In this document: in pieces, positions 43,494 through 56,294 of the stretch
Numbering within the stretch: the stretch's first letter is position 1
How the letters are laid out: every line of letters begins with the position of its first letter
Source of the DNA: Octopus vulgaris
Taxonomy: Eukaryota
Assembly: GCA_951406725.2 (NCBI GenBank)
Contig: OX597820.1
Span: forward strand, 30,008,001 to 30,072,000
DNA length: 64,000 bases
Direction: 5' to 3'
Notes under the pieces: model-generated
The model's database searches: none
What the model saw: the letters and a program-made list of their open reading frames with translations, nothing else
Told to the model about the DNA's origin: nothing
Program-made: the position numbers and the translations under genes

Positions 43494-43887
43494 TTATTAC
43501 AGTTTTTTTTAGTTTCTGTCTACCAAATCCACTCACAAGGCTTTGGTCGGCCCGAGGCTATAGTAGAAGACACTTGCCCAAGGTGCCACGCAAGCTTTTA
43601 ACAGCGAAATGATTAAAAAATTTGATAAAGACAAAAATTGTAAGTTTACTTCATACATTGAAAGTTAATGACTTCCGTGTGCCTGATGAGATTTTGCTAC
43701 ATTTTCTATATCAAGTTTAGTGGTAGTCAAAAGAAGTCGTAAGTCTCCTCTAAGACTTATTACAAATTTATATTGTTGCTTAGTCAGCAACTGTGACACC
43801 GCGGTGAATCCTATCTCTATTAAATATGAAGACGGAAAAGCAATGGAGAATAATTTAATTTCTTGCCAAAGTAATTAAATTATTCTC

Positions 43888-44045
43888 CAGGAGTGGCTGT
43901 ATGGTAAGTACCTTGCTTGCCAACCACATGGTTCCGGGTTCAGTCCCACTGCGTGGAAACTTGCGCAAGTGTCTTCTACTATAGCCTCGGGCCGACCAAA
44001 GCCTTGTGAGTGGATTTGGTAGACGGAAAATGAAGGAAGCCCGTC

Positions 44046-44099
<54 letters not shown>

Positions 44100-44300
44100 G
44101 TTTGTCACCCCCTCCCCAACATTGCTTGACAACCGATGCTGGTATGTTTACGTTCCCGTCACTAAGCCTTTCGACAAGAGAAACCGATAGAGTAGTACTA
44201 GGCTTAAAAAGAATAAGTCATGGGCTCGATTTGCTCGACTAAAGGCGGTGCTCCAGCATGGCCACAGTCAAATGACTGAAACAAATAAAAAAATAAAAGA
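43888..44300 (+). mobile_element. SINE family A
   Basis: Near-consensus copy. Confidence 0.88.
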
Positions 44301-45079
44301 AAACGCTGAAAATACTTGCTTTGCATTCTGGGCCAGTATAATTAGGTATGTTACTTCACCGCTCCCTCCCCCGAAAGCCTAACGCGTCCTTCGACTGCCC
44401 ACTCTGAGAACCTCTGTACTAGATGATAACTTTAAAAATAGGTAGTTAGTCATGGCTGGAATGCCTTTGATCACAGGTCTGCTAAACCAGAAGTTACCCG
44501 GGGGCTAAACAACAATAAGAACAGCTAAAACAACATTTCCTCAATTTTCTACTTTAATCACACAACCGCCCACTTTTTCACCCCTCATCGCTTCCACTAC
44601 CACTAACACCACTACGTCCACCACCGCAGCCTCAAACGACGACGCCGTATAACACTAACGACAAAGCTAGTAACATAACTAACCCTAACCCTCGACTCCA
44701 TTTTTTCCCTTCAATTTGAGTTGCTAATCTTCACAAAATCCAGACGATCTTCTTTACATTTTATTTATTTTTATTGTTGTTTTATAATCTCAACCGGTAC
44801 AGAACACAAGGCAGGTTGTCAGAAACCGAGGCCAAGCGAGGCCAAGTGTACATATGATATCTTTCCTGTATTGTGGGCCTGACATTTCCCAATGTCACAC
44901 CTGACAATTCAGTGAAAAAACAGGTATTAAATTCTCCTGGAATGTCAGCTATTTTCACCTATCGTTCAAGTAGTTTATATACCTTTTGCTATATATACAT
45001 ATGTGCGTGTGAATGTGTATGTGTGTAATATAATATATATACGTATTTTTGTATATATGAATACATTCATATATATGTA

Positions 45080-45328
45080 TAGGGTTGGTGCATAATTATT
45101 GCGGCTTTTTCAACAAATTTTATTCCACAAACACAATAACAATATTTAACAAAAACATCTTTAAGTGACGGTCTGACCGCCTGCCAAGCAAATGGGAAGA
45201 AATAATTGAAGTAGATGGTGAATATGCTCTGGAAGAATCCTTTAAAGATGTTTTTGTTACATGTTGTTATTGTATTTGTTGAATAAAATTTGTTGAAAAA
45301 AAGCCGCAATAATTACGCACCATCCCAA
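45080..45328. mobile_element. Mariner-derived MITE with long TIRs
   Basis: TA|tagggttggtgcataattattgcggc ... gccgcaataattacgcaccatcccaa|TA. The interior encodes the transposase C-terminus DRLPSKWEEIIEVDGEY. Confidence 0.9.
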
Positions 45329-46049
45329 TATATATGTATGTGTGTACATATATATGCATATAGTAAGTATGTATGTATATATGTATGTATATATACGTGT
45401 ACATACATACATACATACCTACATACACCTTGTTTGTATGTATTGTCAGTCACTCTTACATACCTGATTAAGACAGATAATAAAAATATATACAAAAGAA
45501 TAGAATATTTCTCTCTAATCTGTTAGAGTGTGGGAGTTTTACTTGTTACCAGGAATGTTTAAATGTTTTTAAATACCTTTATAAAATATTTTACTTACTA
45601 ATTTTTCTCCTCTCAACAAAGATGACGCCCCTTTATATTATATTGGGACCAACAAAGCTTAATCTAGTCTATGTAAACTAGTCTATCCTTGTATATAGGA
45701 AGCATATCAGATGAAGCAGAGGTCAAATTCAGGCTTTATTCCTTCAACGCCAATCGTTAGAATGAGAACATCTTTCGGGATTTATTCTGGGATTTTGCGC
45801 TCTGAGTTCAAATACCGTCCGGATCAACTCTGCTTTTTACTTTTCATTCCCTCGAGGCCGATAGCACGCAAACAGTACCATTTAATTACTGGGTGCCAAT
45901 GGCATCGAACAACATTCTCCCCTCAAAATTGCTGGCCTTGTGCCAAAATCGGAAATCATTCTTTCGAAGTCGAGCAGGTTACGAAATTGCAGAATCGTTA
46001 GAGCGAGAGAGAAATGCTTTGAGGTTCTGGCGTTCTGAGTTCAAATACC

Positions 46050-46281
46050 TATTTCTTTGCTACCCACAAGGGGCTAAACACAGAGGACAAACAAGGACAG
46101 ACAAACGGATTAAATCGATTATATCGATCCCAGTGCGTAACTGGTTTTTATTTAATCGACCCCGAAAGGATGAAAGGCAAAGTCGACCTCGGCAGAATTT
46201 GAACTCAGAACGTAACGGCAGACGAAATACGGCTACGCATTTCGCCCGGCGTGCTAACATTTCTGCCAGCTCGCCGCCTTG
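46050..46281 (-). mobile_element. Family B SINE inserted into another family B SINE
   Basis: 16-bp TSD tctgagttcaaatacc at 46034-46049 and 46282-46297. Confidence 0.9.
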
Positions 46282-48835
46282 TCTGAGTTCAAATACCGTT
46301 GAGGTCAACTTTGCTTTCATCCCTCTAGGGTCAATGAAATAAGCTACCAGTCAAGTACTCGGTAAGATGGTTTACGCAAATAAATCTTCTCGATAAACTA
46401 CTGGCACTCTGTCGAGTACAACGACGGGTGTCCCAATTGATCCGATTAATGGAACTGCCTGCTCGGGAAATTAGCATGCAAGTGGCTGAGTACTCCGCAG
46501 ATATACATACCTTTAACGCAGTTTCCAAGAAGATTCAGCGTGACACAGAATGTGACAAGGCTGGCCCTTTTGCTAAGGGACGCACCGCGCCGCCGTGTAT
46601 CGAACTTACAACCTTACGATCGTGAGCCAAATACCCCTAACCATCAAGCCACGCCCCTTCATTCCCGATAAAATAAAGTAGCAATTAAGTACTAACTTCT
46701 ACCCTCAAATTCTAAATTTAGGCTTTGTGCTCATACTGGAAACCATTATTAAAGATAGTGGGTTCAAATCCCGTCATAGTGAACATCGAGAACGATGAGG
46801 TAAAGTACCAATCAAAGACGATTTAATCAACGAACTACTTCCTCCGTTTTTGCGACCTATAGTAGAAAGGATTATTGGTAAATTTTGGCACAAGGCCAGC
46901 AATTTCGGAGTAGGAGTTAAGTTGACCCCAGTGCTCAAAAAGTATTCATTTTATCCCTCTCGATAAGATAAAAGGCAAAGTCGACCTCGGAATGTCAAGA
47001 CTGACGAAACGCCGCTGAGCATTTTGCCCGGCATGCTAACAATTTTGCCAGTTCGCTACCTTATTTTATTTATTATTAATTATTTATGCGCCCTTTTCAA
47101 GCCTAGCCAGGCTCATGGGCCCGGTTTCTCGGTTTCTATGGCGTATGTGTTCTCCCAGCTGGACGGGACGCCAGTCGATCGCAGCGTTACTCAAGAAACA
47201 GTGAGAGAAATTTGGGGCGAAAGAGTACAACAGGGGTCACCACCACCCGCTGCCGGAGCCTCGTGGAACTTTTTAGGTGTTTTCGCTCAATAAACACACA
47301 CAACACCTGGTCTGGGAATCGAAACTGCGATCCTCCGACCGCAAGTCCGCTGCCCTAACCACTGGGCCATTGCGCCTCCACTGCAACCTTATTAGATATT
47401 ATTATTAAGAGTAGTAGAAGAGTAGTGGATTGGCAGAATCGTCAGAGCGCCGGGCAAAATACCTTGCGTAATTTTTTCCGTTTCTTTACATCTTAAGTTC
47501 AAACCCTGCTAAGACCCACTTCGCCTTTCATCCATCCAGTGTTGATAGAATAGTGTATTACTCTAGTACTGGGGTCGATAGTATTAATTAATACCCTCCT
47601 CTCAAAATTCAAGTTGTTAAATTATAAACCTTTATTATTAAAGTCGTGTGCTAGCAGAATCGTTAGCATGCCGAACCAAATACTCAATGGTGTTTCGTCC
47701 GTCTTTACGTTCTGAGTTCAAATTCCACTGCGTCTTTCATCCTTTTGGGAATGATAAAATGAGTACCAGGTGAACAATGGGATCGGTGTAATCGACTAGC
47801 CCCCAACAATTTCAAGCCTCGTGCCTATAGTAGAAAGGATTATTATAGAGATAAAAAATCCCTTCGAGATTGACATTTTCTAGGGAAAAGCATTACAGCT
47901 TTCTGGGGATTGCTGAAATAAAGTAACATTTAAGAACTGAGGCCGACTTAACTGACTCCACTCGCCAAATTCGTAGCCCTGTATCTTTATACCAAAATTT
48001 ATTTTGTTCCGACTCGAGCCACGCCTGGCTCATTAGGGACGGTTTCCCGGTTTCCTTGGCGTATAGTTCCCTCCTGTACTGGACGCTGGTCCGTCGCAGG
48101 TGAGCTGCATGATGCAGGAGGAAAGAGTGAGAGAAAGTTGTGGCGAAAGAGTCAGCAGAAGTTCGTCATTACCTTCTGCCGGAGCCGCGTGGAGCATAGG
48201 TGCTTCGCTCATAAACATACACAGATCGCCCGCTCTGAGATTCGAACCCGCGATCCCTCGACCGCGAGTCCACTGCTCTAACCACTAGGCCATGTGCCTC
48301 CACACCAAAATTTATACCTTGTACAAAATTATTATTAAAGGCAGCAGAGACGAGAAATGTAGTGTAGATAGATAAACTCCCTGTGAGCTGAAACTGAGAG
48401 CTGAGGTTCTATTTCTGAGTTAGTTTATTTCAATTCACTTACGTCATTTGTATACTTAGGAATGTTATTGTAATATTATAAAGACTTATCAGGTGTTGCA
48501 TACACGGCATCACTTTCAGGGCTTTTCATTTTACATTTTTAAGCCAACACCCAAACAGTAGACACCACTTCAAGTTTCTTTCAAGGCTGTAGACATTGTT
48601 GAATGGACACTGGGCGTTTCTTCCATTACTTAATAGAATCGTACAATACGTTACATTTATTTCATGACAAACAAAAAAAAAGCATGAAAAATATACATTT
48701 TATTGCATATATTTGATATGTTGCTTTTCAATATTGATATATATTCTTCTGAGTTCTTCAAAATCAAGAGTGGTTAAAATTTTCTCTATCAAGAATGTGA
48801 ATTCGGCAGCTTGTGGTATATATGGCCAGGATCTC

Positions 48836-49145
48836 CGTTGGTAACGATGACGAGTGTTCCAATTGATCCGATCAACGGAACAGCCTGCACGTAAGATTAA
48901 CGTACAAGTGGCTGAGCACTTCACAGACACGCGTACCCGTAACATAGTTCTCAAGGAGCTTCAGCATGACACAGAATGTGACAAAGCTGGCCCCTTTGAT
49001 TTTCAGGTACTAATTATTTTTGCCAGCTAAATGGACTGGAGCATTGTAAAATAAAGTGTCTTGCTTAAGGTCAGAACGCATCGCCGGGAATCGAAATCAC
49101 GACCTCACGATCGTGAGCCGAATACCCTAACTACTAAACGAAGCG
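48836..49145 (-). mobile_element. tRNA-derived SINE family E
   Basis: tRNA-like head plus body gaacagcctgc.cgt..attaacgtacaagtggctgagcact. Other copies at about 25750-26005 and 46420-46660. Confidence 0.75.
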
Positions 49146-49331
49146 CTTTTACGAGGCGATTTTGTGGTAGGTAAAAGTTAAAGGATGGAATAGATAGATT
49201 AGAAGACTATAAATTTGTGGTTTGTAAGATCTTGTAATGAGGCGCAGAAGAGACGGGTAGTAAAGTGTGGGTAGTAAAGAAATAGGTACACATATCTGTG
49301 GAGCGCTCAGCCACTTTCTTGCTAAGAGGAG

Positions 49332-49473
49332 AGGTAAGTAGTTTGCTTACCAACCACATGGTTCCGGGTTCAGTCCCACTGTTTGGCACCTTGGGCAAGT
49401 GTCTTCTACTATAGCCTCGGGCCGATTAAAGCCTTGAGTGGATTTGGTGGACAGAAACTGAAAGAAGCCCGTC

Positions 49474-49506
<33 letters not shown>

Positions 49507-49805
49507 AAATGAGAAAATGGAGAAAAATACCTAAATCAATCATCAACCATCAGATAATGCCCAATCAATACTTTATTAAACCATTACACAACAGCAATGA
49601 TATTACACCTAATATATTACAAATATAACAAGACATAGAAATAGAAATAGAAAATACATTTATATTGTAGCTGACAGCTGTTTCGGCCGTGAAGACAGGT
49701 ATGTCCCATTTAACCTATTAGCTATATAAAGCAGGTATAAATGAGACATTAACAAGAATGTCTCACGGCCTCTTCAGAGAATTTAATGTAAGTATGAAAA
49801 AAATT

Positions 49806-49875
<70 letters not shown>

Positions 49876-50082
49876 TGTATCTGTATTTGTCCCCTCAACA
49901 TCGCTTGACAACCGATGCTGCTGTGTTTGCGTCCCCGTAACTTAGCGGTTCGGCAAAAAGAGACCGATAGAATAAGTACTAGGCTTACAAAGAATAAGTC
50001 CTGGGGTCGATTTGCTCGACTAAAGGCGGTGCTCCAGCATGGCCACAGTCAAATGACTTAAACAAGTAAAAGAGTAAAGAGA
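49332..50082 (+). mobile_element. SINE family A interrupted in its (TA)n by an HHR element (about 49505-49805)
   Basis: The head half ends at ..gcccgtcg(TA)n and the tail half resumes after about 49810. Confidence 0.88.
49668..49781 (-). ncRNA. Hammerhead ribozyme motif with an extended, branched stem II
   Basis: Minus strand reads ct-CTGAAGA-ggccgtga...tcacggcc-GAAA-cagctg-TC-ag. The base of stem II is a perfect 8 bp, stem III is ACAGCTGT and the triplet is GUC. Confidence 0.82.
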
Positions 50083-50559
50083 ATGGGTACCCCTTTAAGA
50101 GGAGTTGGAAGTCTGTTGGTCGTCTGTTCGAATATGGAGGGGTGGAGCATCGGACATATGAAACTATGAACCTGAACAGTTTAGTTTTCTGTTTCTGCTG
50201 ACCTTGAAATAACTATTTCATTTCTCTGCTTGCCTGCCAAATCAAGTGACTTCATGTCCGAGCGGGTTCCCTTCTTAGCGCTGTTGTCAGTGTGTTGGTG
50301 ATGATGATGATGACGACGACGACGACGGCGACGATGATGATGATGATGAGGAGGAGGAGGATGACAACGACGACTATGATGATGACGACGATGATTGCGG
50401 AATCTTGTTAGCGTGATGACAACGACGATGAGGATGTCGCTGCTACTGCTGCCATTGATGATGATGATAATGATGATGATGAGGAGGAGGAGGAGGATGT
50501 GTCATTGTAATGACGACAATGTTGACAATCACGTTGATAATGAGGGGTCTGCCCGGCCT

Positions 50560-51460
50560 TTAAAGATAGCGTCCTCTCAGACCGATTTCTGCTTACTTTA
50601 TTCAGACCTTGTTTTAGTTCCTATCTACGTGAATGACTGGCCCTATGCATTTTAAGAAAATTGCCGACCTTGTAATCCTCGATGCATATCTGTTTGGCTT
50701 GAAACTCCGAGTTTCAAACTGACCGACTTTTTCTGCTTAACGTATCCGTCACCTACCTCTTCATTTTCCGTCAATATGGTACCATCCACCTCTGTTCCTG
50801 TGGTCAATGCCGTTGTCAGTGTTTACTGATGCGGTGCTTCTCCGTCCTTGCTCAAGCAAAATGCTTCTCGTTACCTCCAGCTTCTGCAGTACTGCCTCAA
50901 GCGAAATACGTACGTGAGCTACGAGAGAAGATATGGTTGATGGACCAAGCTTATGATTTGAAATGGTTCCACTAGTTGGCAATTTCGTTTAGTCTAACCA
51001 TCGAGGAGTACCTATGTACAATGAAGGGATTCAGCCCTTGAAGAAAGATCAAACACGACTGCACTGAAGTCAGATGCTAAATAAACATGATTGGCCCAAT
51101 TGGAAGGTCTTAATTGGATAAGATTGGGCCAATTGGAAGATCTTGATTGGCCCAATTGAAAGGTCTTGATTGGCCCAATTGGAAGGTCTTGATTGGCTCT
51201 ACCTGGATCAGAACCTCACCAAAGTCACTTTTTTCTATTCACAATTTTTTACGACGTACCACATTAGGTGGAAGTTGTTGTGGATAGACGTGCCAGAAAT
51301 GACTCGAGTCGCCCTCTCCTGGTCAGACTGCTGAGAACAAACGTCAGCCTTTTCGTGAGTAACTTGGCCAAAATTTTAAACGTTTCGTTCGGCAGGATCA
51401 TGGACCGAAACTTATCGGTGATGTTTTCTCTACTTTCATAACTTAATGTCAAAGAGATCG
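50560..51460 (-). mobile_element. Decayed L1/Tx1-like RT fragment
   Basis: RSMILPNETFKILAKLLTKRL resembles the RPI.LLN..YKILAK motif. Downstream remnants of the R.LSLKGRA motif are also visible. Confidence 0.55.
51089..51197. repeat. 23-bp minisatellite, 4 copies (gattggcccaattggaaggtctt)
   Basis: Read directly; it lies inside the LINE remnant. Confidence 0.9.
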
Positions 51461-53089
51461 TTGTCTTAGCTCTAAGCTCTCTTCAAAAAGATCTGCTTGG
51501 CGATTCACTTAACGATCGCCTAATCAATTCCTGCTAAACTAGTCCAGTTGCTGTCTTCTTCTTCTTCTTCTTCTTCTTCCAATCAGGACTCACGCCTTTA
51601 GCCACAAAGAATAATCTCTAATTCGAGCCTACTCTAAGCTACTAAGAATGCGTGCGGCAACTTGAGGGTCCACCCACCACACGCGATAGACTTGCGGTTG
51701 TACGGGCGCGGAAGCTACGTTGTTATCCTCATTCCGTAAATGGTGGCTTTTAACGGGTGGAGAGCTGAACTATCCTGGGGTACAGAGGATTCGCAATCTA
51801 GACTAGGGTCTGAAAGTTTACTACACCATAGAGAGTTACACCATGGTTCCTCTGCTTTGTGGCAGAAGTAGGAAGAAAGAGTGAGAGAAAGTTGTGGTGA
51901 AAGTGTACAGCGGGATTCATGACCACCCCCGCTGGAGCCTCGTGGAGCTTAGGTGTTTTTGCTCAATAAACACTCATAATGCCCGGACCGGGAATCGAAA
52001 CCACGTTCTTACGACCGCGAGTCCGCTGCTCTAACCACTGGGCCATTGCGCCTCCACTCCGGATGCTGTTGGCTATTCGCGCCGATAACGACGTCTTTAG
52101 CTTCCAGTGATTGAGTTCCTACCTATTCGTCCTATCCAAGCTGACCACAGATTACATCTTTGTGGTTTGTATAGTCGACCAACCCAAATTTTGGTCACCC
52201 GAAACCATCATTATCTACTGACCTAAATGAATTATAAATCGTTCTGGGGAACCAGATGCGATTTATCCAAGTCCACATCAGAAGATTCGAGAAGTTCAAC
52301 CAGGACCAATCAGACAATTAAAACCTCCTGAGTAGGTCTGGGAGACTTCTGTATTCCTTTCCTAAAAATATATATATTGATTTCAATCCTTTAATTATTT
52401 CCACGTTTAGAATTCCCTCCTTTCTTCATACTCTTCGTAGCCAAATCCGCAACAACTACAGCAAAAACATCAACGAAATCATAACCAATAACAAAGAACA
52501 CCAACAACAGGGAAAACACAGCTCCAACAACAACCATGGAAAAAAGAAGTTTATTCCAAAAATAAAAAAAAAGTGATAAATAAATCGAAGCCAATACGCC
52601 AGTTCTCCCTATAAGTTATGGTTAAAATAGTCTCAGTTGGAAGCTAAATGAACTAGCAAGACTATACATAAAAAAGCAAGTAAAATAATGACTGCATTTA
52701 GAATAAACAACCCAAAATCAGTCATAGAATGATAATATTCGCAGCAAATACAGAGAGCTAGGAACCTTCTGCAATTTGAAAATTATGATAGAATATACAC
52801 AGTAGTACTGAAAATGTATATTGTAGAGAGAAAAAGGAAAACTAATAGAAATAGCTACAGAACATGATCTAAGTGAAAAAAATCTTTTTTTTTTTTTTTT
52901 TGTCTTCAAGGAAGTCAACAGATGAAAAATAGAGTGAAATGACAGACAGTTATTAGAAGAAAAGGAGAAAGAATAGCAGAAATTGTGAAAATTTTAGAAA
53001 ATAAGTTAAAAATTTGGTGAAAGAATCTCAGGGAATAGCAAAATATCAAACTCTGGGACATGCCAAGGCACAAAGAGAAGAGAATGAGG

Positions 53090-53625
53090 TTATAGAATAC
53101 CAAAGTCTCGAGGAATGATAAAATAACAATACTTTGAGATATTCCAATACACAAAGAGAGTAGGGGAAATGGGGCTTGACGAATCGACCATACTTTGGGG
53201 GTATACCATTAGACATGCATAAATTAAGTCAAGGATCGTCAGGAAAAGAAATGCCCTGTAAACGAAGCAACAGTCCCCAAACAGACGAAAATTATCTCTG
53301 AAAAGACTTGAAGGATTATCTAAATATAAAGATCTGGAAATAGAGACAACCTGAATGTGGGAAAACTGAGAACAGAAACAACTTCTGTAATGACAGATGC
53401 AGTTGGAATGTAGAAAAATAAGCAACGAAGGGCGTAGGGCTTACAAATGTCCGCAACATAGAGAACATAGCTTAACTAGGCGCGACATACATATTACGTA
53501 AAGTACTTTCAATACAATAGAAAATATAACAAAAATACAAAACAATTATACATATCCCAAGGCCCACAGATCTATGCTAAGTAGTGTAGTGAAAGCATGT
53601 CATAAAAATTTAAACCCTTGAAGTA
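53090..53625 (+). mobile_element. R4/Dong-like LINE 3' fragment, heavily decayed
   Basis: Remnants of IL*DIPIHK, LSKYKDLEIE..MW and LGATYILRKVLSI. Confidence 0.65.
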
Positions 53626-53759
53626 ATGATAATCCGTTCTTTAGTCATCATCGTCATCAGCAGCAGCAGCATCATCATAGTCGTCGTCGTCGTCGTCGTC
53701 GTTGTCGTCGTAGTCGTCGCTGTTGTTGTTGTTGTTGTTGTTGTTATCTTGATTATTAT

Positions 53760-53928
53760 TATTTATTGTCTTTGCACAGCTTCTAACGCTGGAGATGTAA
53801 TGCGGTGCCGGCTGTTCACTACCAGTGAACTAAGGTTACACTCCTTATTTTTCGAGCACCATTCGGAGTAGTCGAGCGGTTCCAAGCAATGCTGTTTTCT
53901 GCAAGTGCTCCACCTTTATTTCAGCCCC

Positions 53929-53929
<1 letters not shown>
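53760..53929 (-). mobile_element. R4/Dong-like LINE extreme 3' end next to (TAA)n
   Basis: IGAEIKVEHLQKTALLGTARLLRMVLEK* followed by a short 3' UTR and a TAA tail. Confidence 0.7.
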
Positions 53930-53992
<63 letters not shown>

Positions 53993-54502
53993 GAGTGAGG
54001 GTACAAACATACGAAGCCGGATATACCCATCATGACTACCTGTCCGATAAAGGTACACCAGGCACATGCATTACAACCATATGTACACGACATGGTGATA
54101 AACAGCGCATGACTTTGTAGGTGGGGGCCTAGTTAGAATTTTCTTCAGGACGAATAGCCCACCCTGCTCAAAAGGTCTTTGAATAAGGATTGTTTAAGGA
54201 TGATGAACTAAACACCTACGTTTCTAGGGTGAATTATTCAAACCTTCGAAAATCCCTCTCAACACAGCCATGATGCTCCCCCACTACCACTACTCGTGAT
54301 CAGGGATGCATATCGTCAGCCACTAAGGGGTATGCTCAAACATGATTATGGTCAAACAACTGACAAGCAAATCTGTGGTATTGAGCAGAATATTTGCTGT
54401 AGCCCATCTTTTACACCAGGACAAAACGTGTACATGGTAACACTTCCAATCATTTAAGATCAGAAGCCATGAGAGCTACTGCCTGGTATTGCATCAGGAC
54501 AT
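53993..54502. mobile_element. ~510 bp non-coding interspersed element bounded by (TTA)n on both sides
   Basis: Complex sequence island between two long TTA tracts, with no ORF. Confidence 0.5.
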
Positions 54503-54545
54503 ATTATTATTATTATTATTTATAAATTTATTATTATTATTATTA

Positions 54546-54577
<32 letters not shown>

Positions 54578-54582
54578 TATAA

Positions 54583-54724
<142 letters not shown>

Positions 54725-55871
54725 TAATCATTTCCTTTTAACCAGGGGGCCTGTCGTGCATGCAACAAAACTTCAAAAAGGGGAGTTAAGAACTCGTAAC
54801 AATGTGAATACATAGCTATATAAGAATTATTGTTGAGACAAGGATATTATTCAACTGTACTGGATTGCCAAAACTGTTTTAAATTAACACAAAAGCACGT
54901 AAATATATAAAATTAAAGCATAAAGTATATAAATAAAATTGTAAAGCAAATAAGGACGACCCGCCGACATATCAATGAAAAAGGCACCGTTTGGGTTTGA
55001 TCGGGTAACCCCATGACTTCAGTTCTAAAGATTCCTGTGAGTAACGGAACAGTCGGAGTAGATGAGAAAGGGCTCGAGTCTACATGGAATCTAACAGTTC
55101 ATAGACTTTGGGAGTGGGTTTTCATTAATAGTCCATTGCTGAACTTTATTTCCTCCACAATGTTTTTATATTTCTCCTTCGTCTTTATTCATGTCATTCA
55201 AAATGTCTACCAGTCACACGCTGGCTATTCGAAGGACTGTCAACTCCAGGCAGTTCAGTATAGGAAGATGGAATCCTTTATGCATGACTTACTCTCATTC
55301 TGCTCGAAAGTTTTGCATTTTTATTTTTATTCATTCATTTATTTATTTCCTTATATTTTAGATGGAGAGGGACTTTCATCTCTTCCTTTTCCTTTTCCCA
55401 CCGACAGTTTGCCGCCCCGCTTCATCCATCGCTCATCTCCTTTTCTTGCACCGCTAGGGTTTCTACCATTGCTCCGATTGTGACTATGAGAGCAGGTCGC
55501 CGGATCCTGACACCAAGGACGGAGACGATTTCCTCCGTTATTCTCATAGTTGCCATCGATGGTGGTCGTGATGAAGTTGGAAACAGCAGTTTCTTTGACC
55601 CGTTACAAAAGCAGACAAAGCAGACAACCTCTGCTGCTGTCCCCTTACTCTGCTGTTATAACGCCTCCGGGCAGAAACATACCAAGTAGCTGTGTCTGCC
55701 AGGTTTTTAACAAGAGTATAATGAAGCAGTAGATAGGCTTAATGCAACATATACCTTGCGCATCCGTCCATATATGGTACCGTGCAATACAAGAATGACA
55801 ATTAGTGACATTAGCAGGAGCATTGACGCCTGGTTCAAGGCTACCTTTATTGAGTATATGAGCAAGTTGTA

Positions 55872-56294
55872 ACGCGGTGAGCTGGCAGAAACGTTAGCAC
55901 GCCGGGCGAAATGCTTAGCAGTATTTCGTCTGCCGCTACGTTCGGAGTTCAAATTCCGCCGAGGTCGACTTTGCCTTTCATCCTTTCGGGGTCGATAAAT
56001 TAAGTACCAGTTACGCACTGGGGTCGATCTAATCTTGTCTGTCCTTGTTTGTCCCCTCTATGTTTAGCCCCTTGTGGACAATAAAGAAATAAGAAACGTT
56101 TGCACGCCCGGCGAAATACTTAGTGGTATTTCGTCTGTGTTTACGTTCTGAGTTCAAATTCCGCCGAGGTCGACTTTGCCTTTCATCTTTTCGGAATCGA
56201 TAAATTAAGTACCAGCTGCATACTGAGATCGATCTAATTGACTTCCCCCCGCAAAAAAAAAATTGGGGTGCTTTGTGCCTAGAGTAGAAAAGAA
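55872..56294 (+). mobile_element. Dimeric family B SINE with an imperfect TSD
   Basis: Two core domains flanked by atatgagcaagttgt and atatgagcagcttgt. Confidence 0.85.

Noticed and set aside
43683-43750. CTGATGA-containing segment (similar cases at 28117-, 40500- and 60222+)
   Set aside because: No correctly positioned GAAA/UH with supporting stems. At best unrecognisable relics.
44678-44692. Telomeric (CCCTAA)-like sequence
   Set aside because: Only about two units, consistent with chance.
47300-47380. tRNA-like sequences (also about 25540-25607, 48230-48303, 51985-52057 and 60912-60985)
   Set aside because: They are SINE heads continuous with SINE bodies and do not form a complete cloverleaf or acceptor stem.
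55013-55870. 156-aa ORF and adjacent complex sequence as a possible exon or gene
   Set aside because: No recognisable domain and a low-complexity F/L/S bias. It is probably an old unclassified repeat and cannot be supported without a search.
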